DNA of 64,000 bases. Source: Eledone cirrhosa. Taxonomy: Eukaryota. The first letter of the stretch is position 1. Every line of letters starts with the position of its first letter. The position numbers and the translations under genes were made by a program. Under the pieces are notes generated by a model. The model did not search any database, was not told the DNA's origin, and was given only the letters and a program-made list of their open reading frames with translations. Where the stretch lies: positions 119,660,001 to 119,724,000 of the forward strand of contig OZ024743.1 of NCBI GenBank assembly GCA_964016885.1. The letters are read 5' to 3'. Shown here piece by piece: positions 1 to 12,689 of the stretch.

Positions 1-371
1 ACATTTTTTTCTTCTAATCTTGTTTACATTCCGAAGCTATTTAACCAACACACATCCGGATATTTATCGTCTTCATATTCTAATTAGTTGTTCTTCTCAC
101 GTAGATGTTTGTTTGTGTGTTTATGTGTTTCCTTGTTTTCCTAACTGCAAATATTTGGTTCAACAGGAAAGCAACGAACTGTTAACCATTTTCATTTGTT
201 ATTTCAGCGTTGTTATAATAATGGCCGTTTCAAACAAGCTTAATTTTTCTATACTTTTCGTCTAGCTTGTTTTTATTTTTCCAGAATTTTCTCAACATTC
301 GGGAGAGAAGAATAGGCAGTGATCAAGATGGTGGCGAATATTATGTTAGAGGTGAGGATTATTATAACGAT

Positions 372-429
372 TATGATGATGATGATGATGATGATGATGA
401 TAGGGATGATGATAGGGATGATGATAGGG

Positions 430-461
<32 letters not shown>

Positions 462-481
462 GATGATGATGACGACAGTGA

Positions 482-515
<34 letters not shown>

Positions 516-569
516 GGTGGTGGTGGTGGTGGTGGTGATGGTGATGATAACAACGAGGATGATGATGAC

Positions 570-601
<32 letters not shown>

Positions 602-744
602 CGACGACAGTGATGATGATGATGGTGGTGGTGGTGGTGATGGTGGTGGTGATGATGATGATGGTGGTGGTGGTGGTGATGATGATGATGATGATGATGA
701 CGACAACGATGGCAATGACGACGGCGACGATGGTGTTGGTGATT
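372..744. repeat. compound (GAT)n/(GGT)n trinucleotide repeat
   Basis: Direct reading; accounts for the poly-D/G, poly-M/V and poly-S/P ORFs. Confidence 0.95.
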
Positions 745-810
745 AAGATACTGTTGATATCGTTGGTTTTGTTCTTGGGAGTGATAGTTCTGTTGATGGT
801 GATGATGATA

Positions 811-985
811 ATAATTATTTCTACTTTAGGTACAAGGCCAGCAATTACCCCCAGTACATTACTGGTGCCTCATTTTATCGACCCCGTAAGGATGAAAGGG
901 AAAGTTAACCCCGGCGGGATTTGAACTCAGACTCTAAAGGGAAGAAACTCTATGCTGAAAAGCATAGCGTTCGACCCTCTACCGA
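811..985 (-). mobile_element. tRNA-derived SINE family A, head-truncated copy
   Basis: Reverse complement has B-box GAGTTCAAATCC, core ...tttcatccttacggggtcgataaaat... and tail ...gtagaaataattat; matches about 20 other copies in the window. Confidence 0.9.
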
Positions 986-1312
986 ATAATGATGACACGA
1001 ATGTTGTTGAATGCGGAGGAATGTTTTTGTTGGAAGAAGTGGCGGTGATGGTGGAGAGTAGAATGTGATAGGAGTTGATGATGGTGATGATGATCATGAT
1101 GATTCACTTTCTTCTTCTTCTCTTTCATTTAGCTATCTCCCTGAGAATGAAGGTGCATGTGTGACATAGACACTGCTGTGGTGAAGCTAGAACGTGAGAA
1201 GTAGTATAAGTCCTCCTCCATTGATAAACCTAAACAAGATATAAGAATATTTGGATAGACAGTTAATACTAAATATGTATATGTGTATATATGTCTCTGT
1301 ATGTTTGTTCAC

Positions 1313-1378
<66 letters not shown>

Positions 1379-1815
1379 GAGCGGAGCAAGCAACTATCAA
1401 ACAATCTTTTAAATAAATTAAAAAACGATTTATATTGCTGTTACCGACGGTTTCACTAATCAAAAGATTGGAAATCCAGAGAATTTCCAATAGAAAGAAT
1501 TAAATCTTCAGACAGCTATTTCCATACTATAAGGGTGCAAACCTCATAGTAAGTCAATATTTCGCTTACTGCCTGACGCATGCGGTCAAGCCGTTGAAGT
1601 GACGCACACGCAAAATTAGGCCACAAGTAAAAACGGGTTATTATAAACTTGCTGATCATGCCGCGGCCGCTAAAAATAGCAGCGCGATACAACGTTTTGT
1701 TCTCTACATAAGGAGAAAAATTATAAAAGGGTATGGATATTCAGACAGGCACTAGGTACCTACAGAAATATGCATGGTGTTTATAATAGTTGTGGTTCGA
1801 TATATATATATATAT

Positions 1816-2342
1816 GTCAGGTCGCTCACGAGTGCTACTGGTAACATGTAAGTCAGTACAACCTCTCTCACGGTCCGGGCGACGGCGACTCAAGCGGCAG
1901 CCCTACCAAGCTTGCTTGGTGAGGAGGGTGATATCCGGACACCCTGCAGGATGAAATACAAGACCCGTCAAAGGGCGGAGGAACTCGGCAGAGTCAACGA
2001 CCATCCAAATAGTACTTTTTTTTTCATCTGGGAGTGAGAGGCCCCCAGTTGTTGTCACAACAGCTTTCTAGGAGAGAGAAACTCTGGAAAAAAAAACCTG
2101 CGGCTTCAAAAGCATCCGATGATGTTGACGAGTTCTCCTTTTCGAGTAGTATTTTGGATGCTCAGAGAGTGGGATTGGTCGAGTGCAAGGCCTTTCCCCA
2201 CTTAAAAAACCCTTCAAAGTACAGGCATTGCTTGTTCAGGCTCTATTACGGGTTCGTGTGGCTGGTAGTAACCTAAAAGTGCACCATTTTCTGTAATCTG
2301 ACAAGCGATTGCAATACTCTTAGCAGAGTTTGCAGCCATCAT
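1816..2342 (+). mobile_element. short non-autonomous RTE-derived retroelement (structured 5' module plus RTE-like 3' tail)
   Basis: 5' ~190 bp is homologous to 5755-5950(-) and 44550-44739(-). The 3' end gcaatactc-ttagca-gagtttgcagccatcat-(AT)n resembles the tail of the RTE at 50435. Flanked by (TA)n. Confidence 0.7.
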
Positions 2343-2352
2343 ATATATATAC

Positions 2353-2399
<47 letters not shown>

Positions 2400-2946
2400 G
2401 AGTGGTAAATAAATATATACATATACATCAATTCCGAACACAATGGCACCAAACCCCCGCAGCCTCCGTCTCGCCCGTCTCCCCATCACTCACTATTATA
2501 AACAAATGTGGGTCCACGCGCTGGCTACCCCGCGGCCCCAATGGGTAGAATACAGTAGGCGTTTCCGCAGAGGATGGTGAGGGAGACGCGCTGGAAGAGT
2601 CATTCCCGCTCGTGAGGCTCCCACATGCGTGTATCCACCTCCGTACCGATGGTGGTGAGTAGTGAGGTTGTCCAAGGGCCAAAGAAACCAGACGTCTCCC
2701 CTGCTACGGGCTCGACCACAAACCTAATAAAACATCAGAAAACCAATAGATATATATACATAATTTACCAATAGATATATATACATAATTTACACACATT
2801 AATACTAAATTGCTCTTATTTAGGAGCAAGTAAGTTTTGATTAATTAGATCTAGGATCAAAGACTTCACCGTCTTTTTTTTATTATTTTGTGTTTTGAAT
2901 AACGTGTACGCCGGATTACAACTTCTCTGTGTGTGATTGTGCGTGG

Positions 2947-3105
<159 letters not shown>

Positions 3106-3224
3106 AGTGTTGATGTAGTAGGGTATCATTTTAGAGGAAATACGGTTGCTACGTCTAGCAGGTCAAGTGGTCATGTAAATGTTTTTTTTATGATTGTGAC
3201 GTCTTGTTAATATTCTATTTGTTG

Positions 3225-3440
3225 TTGTTGTTGTAGTCATTATTGTTTGTTAACCCCAGGAAAGCTCTGATATGATCAAAGATATTCCAGCCATGACCAT
3301 TATGTCTTTATATTTCAGCCATTATGTATGCAGGACAACATAATACGATCTGCCATTGCTTTTTTTAAGAAGGCTGATGGTATTTTAGTATGATTTGACT
3401 GCTATTTCTGGCAAATGAAACAACCTTGTTTACTGATGGT
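3225..3440 (+). repeat. old dispersed repeat family C (probably SINE-derived), representative copy
   Basis: Motifs tatgatcaaag..attccagccatgacc and gatttgactgctatttctggca recur in degraded form near 4340-4490, 20145-20350(-), 31140-31880, 32640-32840, 34700-35460, 45850-46010, 58745-58930, 59430-59610(-) and 61200-61410. Confidence 0.6.
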
Positions 3441-5470
3441 TTTCTGATGTTTTATTAGATTTCTGAATTCCGTTTAAATGGAAGCTTAACGGCATCAAAT
3501 CCCCGGCCTCGGATGGAGAGAGAAGTCATGAGTAATTCCCATTCCACTAGAATAAACACCCCAACAAAAAAACCCCAATGAAATGGCAATATGCTCCCGA
3601 ACCTAGTAATGGCTAGAGGAACTGAAACAATAGCATTTCACTAACTAAACAACAATAGGTATGAGGGGAAATACCTTAAGGGAGAATTATGCTTACTAAT
3701 TAAGTATATACAATAAGGTCTAACATATGTAACACAGTGTATTGAAAAACCTCCATTAACTAATATAGATATAGATAAACACATGTCTGGTCATTCAGAA
3801 CGACAAGAGCAGGAACAAGCAGCGTAAAGGACCTTCTTTAACGACCCCAAAATTACTCCAATCCACCGCAAAGTAGTAATTGGAGTAATTTTGGATATCG
3901 AGAGAATGAAAGGCAAAGTAGATATACTCAGAACATAATGAACATAAATAAATACCGCAAGGAATTTTGTCTGTAACTCTTAAAATTCTGCATATTCGCC
4001 GCCTTAATATATCTTTGCAAACAACCTGTCCTTTTAGAGGTATTTCGTCCTACAAACTCTGATTAAATAACAATGATCATCGACTTGCTCTATCAGGACT
4101 GAAATTGAGCTAACCACCACCTCCACCAACACATAGTTAGTTGCGTTTCCAAGGCATGAGATGATAAAAATGACCAATATCAATTTCTATTTGGGCGTTG
4201 TGAATAGGTGATCAACATCTTTTTTATTTCAATTAATTTCGGTAGGATGTAATTTGAGGTAAATTTGATTGATTGAGTAACTATGCAAGGTCCCTGTCTT
4301 TAGGTCGAACAGGATCTGGATATTATTGATGTTGTTGTTATTGTTTTGCTCCTGGTCAAAACAAAAGCTGACTATGACCAAAAGTATTTTAACCATGGCC
4401 ATCGTGCATTTGCTTTTTAGATATGAAGGAGTTTTGGCTGCCATTCTTGATGATCGAATGACAACGTAGAGGCTGCCTCGTTGGCTCAAACTGGAACTTA
4501 TTTAAGCAAGAGGTGTGAAATGAAGGCACAGAGAGGTATAGTGTGTGAGAGTGAGTGTGCACGAGTGTGTGTATGATTGCGTGGGCGGGAAGGTGTCTGT
4601 AAGAATGACTATGTTTAACATAATGCAAAGCTTGCAGTGTTTGTTTGCTAGATGCCGGGGTTCGACCAAAGCAGTCGCCTGTCAAACTCTTAAAGTACAC
4701 ACGAAGACTTTAAGGAGTGTGCTAATCCTACGCCGTACATCTGACTACGAATACATAAACCATCAATTCATACATCACATCCTGACAAACATGAACACTA
4801 TCTTGACTCACTTCACCATCATAATATAATGCTTTACACCAAAGCTCGTAGCCGCTAACGCACACATCACTAAAACAGCTCGTCTATGATCATACATATA
4901 CATATATACACATTTAATAGACACTCATACAACTCCCTTCCACCTCTTAAAATGTAAACAAGCCAGTGGGCAGAGAATAAGTAAATATTGTTCACAATTA
5001 GATTCAAGATAAGAAGCCAGTGAATGAAGAAAGTTTGTAAGTTACAATAAATACACTGGGATATACCTACTTATACACACGTAGACACTAGAAATCACAC
5101 ACGTACACACACACACACATACACACACATACACACGCATACACACACATACACGCAGACGCATACACACAAAAACACACACTCCCTCCGTTCCTCTCTC
5201 TCGTTCCCGCTATTACACGCTTATACGCGCGCGTGGAAGACAATATAGATATTTATATATTTATAATCTTTCATTGGTTTTAGTTATTGACCACGACCAC
5301 ACTGGAGCACCGCCTTCAGGGGGTTTTAGTCGATCTTATTGCAGCCTGGTACTTATTTTATCGAAGAGTTAAATTAGATATATAACATTAAGTGCTACAA
5401 CGCCATACCGGTTAACATAAATAGTGCAATGGACATAGACACACACATATAAATACGCATGTACACACAG

Positions 5471-5532
<62 letters not shown>

Positions 5533-5539
<7 letters not shown>

Positions 5540-5949
5540 ACTCTCCCGTCGATATCTGACATATGAGGGTCCAACAAAAGTTAAATGTGAGAAATTGAAC
5601 TGATGTTGAACTACCCACAGAAAGTTTTGGTTTAAGTGGTGAAGGCTTGTGTAGGATCAACCACACTTTTTGGAACTGACGACACATATCTTCGGTACAA
5701 ATATTTGCCATGGAAAATACAAAGACAGCCCTCAAAAGACAAAAACAAAATACCATTTGGATGGCCGTTGACTATGCTGAGTTCCTCGGCCCTTTGCCGG
5801 GTCTTGTATTTCATCCCGCAGGGTGTCCAAATATCACCCTCCTCACCAAGCAAGCTTGGTGGTTGCCGGTTTAGTCACCGACGACCCGACCATGAAACAG
5901 GTAGTACTGGGTTACATGTGTTACCAGTAGCACTTGAGAGTGACGTGGC

Positions 5950-5950
<1 letters not shown>
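5533..5950 (-). mobile_element. short non-autonomous RTE-derived retroelement
   Basis: Shares the 5' module with 1816-2010. The 3' end gtc-agatatc-gac-gggagagtccatcat-(AT)n is an RTE-type stem-loop tail. (TA)n on both sides. Confidence 0.7.
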
Positions 5951-5997
<47 letters not shown>

Positions 5998-6254
5998 CAG
6001 ACGCTCTCCCACCATCAGTAAATTCTCGATTCAATATATTTCACTCAGGCACCTATATCTAGTTTTTTCCATCTCCAGGGTTGTTTTGTCTGTTTTTTTG
6101 AAATATTATTTATAGCGATCTAGAATTATTATAGCCATTTCTGAGCTGGGATAACTACCTTCAGTTATGATAAAAAATATGTATACAAGCTGAAAATATA
6201 TTTTGAGATACTTCACACCAGCAGCTAGCCGACCCAATAACTAAAAATTCTATA

Positions 6255-6528
6255 GTCTGTCTCGAGCTCGGAGGCTCATCAAGCCGGTGCTTATACCGGC
6301 TTTCGTGGCATTAAGTGACTAAGAATACATACTCTTCCCTGGACAGGACGCCAGTCCATTGCAAGGTTAAACTCCAAGTTATTTCTGATGCTCATTTTCA
6401 ACTGAGTACACTGGAGCAACGTAAAATGAAGTGTTTTGCTCAATAACACACCACACAAACCATTCCAGGAAGCAACCCCCTGATGTTAAGATCGTAATTT
6501 CAACACACCACAAAGCTACGCGACTTCA
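6255..6528 (-). mobile_element. tRNA-derived SINE family B (CORE-like centre), diverged
   Basis: Reverse complement is homologous to 11076-11352 (ttgagcaaaacacttcattttacgttgctccagt; gatggactggcgtcctgtccaggg). Confidence 0.8.
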
Positions 6529-6793
6529 TCCCCAAAATTGTAAACAAATTATTTGTTTCATTTGTCATGACACAACCAACAATCAATCTAAACAAAACTT
6601 AATTTTTTTTTCATAGACTAACAATGTCTAATAATTGAAATGCATCTTACATTTCACAACGGAATCTGTGAAACATTTTTATTTCAACTAATAAGTGTGA
6701 CATGAAATGTTAACATTTCCTACAACTCACCCACCATCACACTCACGTACAGACATATTCACATACTCATATTTACTTCCGCAGACGCAATTT

Positions 6794-6852
<59 letters not shown>

Positions 6853-7154
6853 TTGTGAGCTTGAAGCGCGAAACAAATGTTTCCTCGAACAAATTTGTCG
6901 ATAAACTAACATTGTGATAAAAAAAAAAGGGAAAATATATCGAGGGGCAATGTTTCAATAATTTCAAGACTTAGACATTGTCATTGCGCCAGTCGGCCAT
7001 GGAAGTGTATGAAGGAAAAGACAATATACACAACACACAGCAACAACATCAGCAACATCAATAAAAGACAGCTCGCCCCCGCTTTGGTGTCATAGATACA
7101 GTGTTTAATAATTCTAACTCATTTACATGTGTAACTTTACACAATTTTCAATAT

Positions 7155-7536
<382 letters not shown>

Positions 7537-8004
7537 CCTTTACTCTCTCATTTTTTCATATACCAAGGTTAAGAAAACATGAAAAATTTGAACACGGATA
7601 TGTGTGTACGTGCCTATACACACATATATATAAATATATGTGTGAGTGTGTGCGTTTGTAAGCCTTTGTGTGTGTGTATTTATGTATGTATACAATAAAG
7701 GCATACATACATATATATACATATCCGTACCAACATCAAGCCGTAAGTGTTACTCCACCCAGATAAGAGAGATATAAAAATGAAATTAAAAAATAGTTTG
7801 ACAGCAAATACAAGTTGCACAGTCGAAATTACTGTATAATTGTACAAAAAACATACACAAACTGAACAGTGTTCTCTAAATGTGACTACAGTTGAATAAA
7901 ATAAAATAAAAGTAAAAGAGGAAAAGAATGGAATCACTGTTTCATATCTTTCCCCTTTTACTTTATTTTTTTTTCATTCCGTTTCTCATTGAATATATAT
8001 ATAT

Positions 8005-8068
<64 letters not shown>

Positions 8069-8589
8069 TCAATATTAATATTAATGCCCAACGTAGCGTA
8101 TTTCAGAAATTTAAGATAAATTTAACGTTAGCACAATTAGAATTTGAAATTATAAACCTCGCTGTGAAAAGAGCTGATTGTAAAATCATTTCGATATTGT
8201 CTTCGTACACAGAAAAAAATATAAGAAATTGTATTTGCATATTTCATAGCTAATTGGCTGTCCATCAGAAGACAGGAAGGCATGTATCTTTATCCTTCCT
8301 CCCACGAAAATACTTTATAACAATCACTACTTATACCAAACATTATGAATCACTCGAAAATGTTCACTCTAATATGCATGATATGCATTTTTTTAGTAAC
8401 ATAAATAATTAAACAATAAATATTTAAGTACATCACAGGACATGGAACATTTAACATAAGTTTCATGTAGTTATATCAACAGTTATGAAATATAAACTTC
8501 GTTGTCAACAGCATTAAATGTGGACGCACTGTTATTTTTTCAAATATACGCTGTTTCATGTATAAATATTTATTATTTAATTAATTAGA

Positions 8590-8880
8590 GGGCGGTGGCT
8601 TGGCAGTATCGGTAGAGCGTCAGACAACATGGTTTGAATCATTGAGTTGCGGCCTTTTACGGTCTTAGTTCAAATCCCTTACGGGGTCGATAAAATAAAG
8701 CACCAGTAACGTACTGGGGTAGATTTAATCTACTTTCCCCTCCCGCCAAATTACTGGCCTTGTGCCTATACTAGAAATCATTATTTAATTAATTACGGAG
8801 TTGATAAAATAAAGTACCAGTAATGCACTCTGGGTAATTGCTGGCCTTGTGCCTAAAGTAGAAACAATTATTTAATTAAT
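8590..8880 (+). mobile_element. SINE family A copy plus a 5'-truncated second copy
   Basis: A-box tggcagtatcggt and B-box agttcaaatcc; flank ttatttaattaatta occurs three times (~8573, ~8781, ~8868). Confidence 0.85.
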
Positions 8881-9088
8881 TACGCTACCAAATGCATGCT
8901 TGTCATACAAATTAGACTGCCAATTTAAAATAGAATTTTATTTTTGTTTGTTATAAATAGTGATTGCACTTGTTCTCAAAATTATATCTACCCGAAATTT
9001 TCTTGACATTTCTCATATATATATATATATCAATGATATTAAATAAATAGACTATATTTATAAAACCATATTTATTCTAGTATATATA

Positions 9089-9633
9089 CTAGCAGAACCC
9101 CCCCCCCCCTTCGGGTGGTTTTCTGCTAGTATGTGTAGTGTGTATATTGATATTATACGCAAGTATATATACATGTAGATATGATACAACAAATAAAATC
9201 GTAATTGACAATATAAACAGGAATTGAACGAAGACGTTGTTACAGTGTCTTATGTAATCAGTAACGTAATCCATGATACATTAAAAAAAGACGATATTAT
9301 ATATAAACTGCATTAGGAAAAAATTCGTGACAGAAAATTAGTATGTTTATTTAAGTGATCGCCTCCGGAAGTGTTGACATCACACACTCTCTCTTTCTAT
9401 ATATATGGTAGTTGAAGTGGTGGTGGTGGCAATGATATACCGGAAGTGTAACTTTGAAAAGAAGTCAATTTTAAGTTATTTATTTTTACGAAATTATTTT
9501 TGTTTATGAAATTTAGAAGATAAATTATGTAATATTCATTCATTATTTATTCAAAGTAATCCAATTTATTTTACTAACGCGATAAAAAAAAACCGTACGC
9601 AGCCCCGCAGACCTTCCTTTATTATAGTTTAGA
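9089..9633 (-). mobile_element. non-autonomous Helitron
   Basis: On the minus strand it starts TC (tctaaactat), ends CTAG with a subterminal hairpin (agaaccc...gggtggttttct), and sits between A and T with no TSD. Removing it restores the palindrome. Confidence 0.8.
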
Positions 9634-9772
9634 TTTCAAAGGTACCAAAACTTTGGTACGCTTTCATCAGATAAAATACAAAGTTTGTCTTATAAATATT
9701 GACATATCCAGGAAGGAAATCTTAACGGTTCAAGTTTTTCCTGGATAGTCGATATTTATAAAACAAACTTTG

Positions 9773-9833
9773 TATTTTATCTGATGAGAGCGTACCAAAG
9801 TTTTGGTACCCTTGAAATATATATAATAGAATA
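9773..9833 (+). ncRNA. minimal type I hammerhead ribozyme
   Basis: Stem I tattttat/atagaata; core CTGATGA (9781-9787); stem II gagcgtaccaaa-gt-tttggtaccctt; GAAA (9814-9817); palindromic tatata; UA with predicted cleavage after 9825. Confidence 0.7.
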
Positions 9834-10096
9834 AATATGGTTTTATAAATATAGTTTCCATTTATTTAATATCATTGATATTATACTCCAGAAAACGTGT
9901 CAGTTATAAACATATATATTTGTTGAATTACCAACAAATTAAATATCCCTTTTGCTTATATACATATATATATATATATATACGAGAAAAACCACAAACC
10001 ATCCATCTCAATTCTACGTTTGAAAAGCATAAGAACTGCGAAACCGGTAAAGGAACCAAATAAATATTCTGTATTTTCGATTTCAACTTTTTTCCT

Positions 10097-10164
<68 letters not shown>

Positions 10165-10577
10165 TGTGTAAGTGTGTGTGTGTGTGTGTGTGAGGAATTA
10201 TGGCATTCATATGAGAATCAATGTATCATAAAAGTGTCATGCCCTCTCAGATCGTCATGATCTCTGAGGCAAATAAAACATTATATAGAGAGTAATATGT
10301 AAGAACGTGTGTTTTACATATGCGTATACTTTATATACAACTGAACTCACACGTCCGTTTACTTTTAAAAGAATTTGTCAGTTCCCTTTATCATTCTCCT
10401 TTATCTTTCTATTCCTTCTTTTATATCTCCTATATTCTGATAAAAGACTAACACCCAAAACTTTAAGACTCTTTTCCTGCTATACCAAGCGTTAAAATAA
10501 TGTATATCTTAATTGTAATATATTGTTTTGGTGTGTTGTATTTCGTTTACTTTTCGCATACACTCACTCACTCACAC

Positions 10578-10998
<421 letters not shown>

Positions 10999-11075
10999 GG
11001 GGTAAATGAGAAAATAAAAAGAAAACAAACGTGCGTAATTCAATCAGTCATATATATGTATATATGTATATATAT

Positions 11076-11352
11076 GTGGCCTAGTGGTCAGAGTGTTGGA
11101 CTTACGATCATAATGTCGTGGGTTCGATTCCTGGGTTGCGTGTTGTGTTCTTGAGCAAAACACTTCATTTTACGTTGCTCCAGTATACTCAGCTGGAAAT
11201 GAGTATCAGCAATAGCTGGAGGTTTAACCCTGCGATGGACTGGCGTCCTGTCCAGGGGGGGGGGGTCTTGTACTCACAGTCGCTTCACGCCATCAAACCG
11301 GGATAAGCACCGGCCAAATGAGCCTTCTGGCTTAAGACAGACTTTAGACTTT
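11076..11352 (+). mobile_element. tRNA-derived SINE family B
   Basis: A-box gtggcctagtgg, B-box ggttcgattcc, CORE-like centre, tail ...cttaagacagactttagactt; homologous to 23545-23825(-). Confidence 0.85.
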
Positions 11353-11477
11353 TTAAATGCGTATATATATATATATATATGTAGTAATAAACACAGTAAA
11401 TCGTGTGTCTAAAATTACGAGGGTTGAAATACCACATTGGTTTGAGAAATTTAATATATATATATATATATATATAT

Positions 11478-11931
11478 GTAAGTATGTATGTATACGTACA
11501 TACATATATGTATAGAGACGTACAGTAGTGTATATATATACATACATGCACACCATATACATATGTACGTATGGGTTTACCGAACATTTATTATTATGCT
11601 CGGTTTGTTCGTAAACAAACAGCCCGAATTACGCCGTACAGTGTTGTTCAGGCAACCATCGTCACCTTTTTGCTCAACACTGACAAAGGAACGATGTACT
11701 AGTTTCAAGCTTATTAGCTATCGGCAGCATCGTATACCTTTCTGTCAGATGGTTGAACGTCTGAAAGTATATACTTTCCTTAGGCATAAAAACGGCTGAG
11801 CAGCCTAATTTACATATCGAGTGAGTTAGTCGGCCGGGCACACCGAAAACGATAAATGGAAAAGAATGAAACGAAATTTCATTTCTCACTCCGTACTAAG
11901 AGTGAGAAATAAAATTTCGCTTCATTCTTTT

Positions 11932-11935
<4 letters not shown>
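11478..11935. repeat. ~420-bp dispersed repeat family D with terminal fold-back hairpin
   Basis: Homologous to 55225-55965 and 38572-38825; 11856-11935 forms a long hairpin (gaatgaaacgaaatttcatttctcactc...gagtgagaaataaaatttcgcttcattc). Confidence 0.75.
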
Positions 11936-11979
<44 letters not shown>

Positions 11980-12245
11980 AGGGGGTGTAACTTGGAGTTA
12001 CTGCATCTTCACCCGGGAGAGCACTCGATGTTTAGGTTCACTTCTGTGATGAGGTGTAGAGCTATACACAGTGTAATATATTGTATTTCATTTTCTTATA
12101 GCATTTTAAAAGGGGCCGTCGAGCCGCCGATTATTGAGTCGTGTAGGATCGATACAGATCGTACCTTGAGCTGATCAGTGGCGAAACGCGCGTCACCTAT
12201 CAATAAATGCAATGAAGGAGTAATCAATCGTCCTTGTTATCCTTT

Positions 12246-12248
<3 letters not shown>
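11980..12248 (+). repeat. dispersed repeat family E with a Penelope-like terminal motif
   Basis: Reverse-complement homolog at 39250-39530; contains GAAACGCGCGTC followed by AATAAA; flanked by (TA)n. Confidence 0.55.
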
Positions 12249-12313
<65 letters not shown>

Positions 12314-12607
12314 TCCTCTCTTTACATTGCCTTGCCATTTTTGTTTGTTTACATGTCTCTCGTTCTCCACCCAATTCTTTTCATCCCAATAACGTATTTT
12401 AGTTATTGTTCGCACTATGTTGAGGTATCTGTTCTTTAATGCGAAGAAATACCAATGATAGCCAGAACATCACTGATGACGGATAGTCCTGGTTTCTTGC
12501 TCTATTTTTTATTTCACATGTATCACATTTGCAACAACGCAGCACGCCATTTTTCATTCATATATATATATATATATAAGAGGATATATGTATCGTAAGA
12601 GAGGAGG

Positions 12608-12638
<31 letters not shown>

Positions 12639-12689
12639 CACATACATACATATATATAACTGATTGAATACGCATATATATAGATCATC

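Larger units (their letters stand above)
9020..9880. repeat. inverted-repeat element with hammerhead-bearing arms (Penelope-like terminal repeat), left arm split by a Helitron
   Basis: 9634-9712 is the reverse complement of 9737-9817, and 9020-9088 is the reverse complement of 9818-9880. Confidence 0.75.

Noticed and set aside
267-924. Long ORFs in several frames (poly-D/G, poly-M/V, poly-S/P)
   Set aside because: Trinucleotide repeats lack stops in most frames, and the longest ORF runs into a SINE.
1670-1679. Perfect MEF2-type site CTAAAAATAG
   Set aside because: A single AT-rich 10-mer with no gene context; it may belong to a repeat.
1821-1890. HDV-like ribozyme fold for the 5' module
   Set aside because: The candidate P1 pairing (gtcgctc/gggcgac) is not kept in the other two copies, and no P3/L3 fits.
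2430-2740. GC-rich segment with gggagacg/cgtctccc pairing, considered as a ribozyme
   Set aside because: No hammerhead, HDV or twister core could be fitted; left as a probable unclassified repeat.
11076-11135. Possible tRNA genes from A/B boxes
   Set aside because: The boxes are heads of multi-copy SINEs and I could not fold a full cloverleaf.
12473-12495. CTGATGA as a hammerhead core
   Set aside because: No GAAA or stem III follows.
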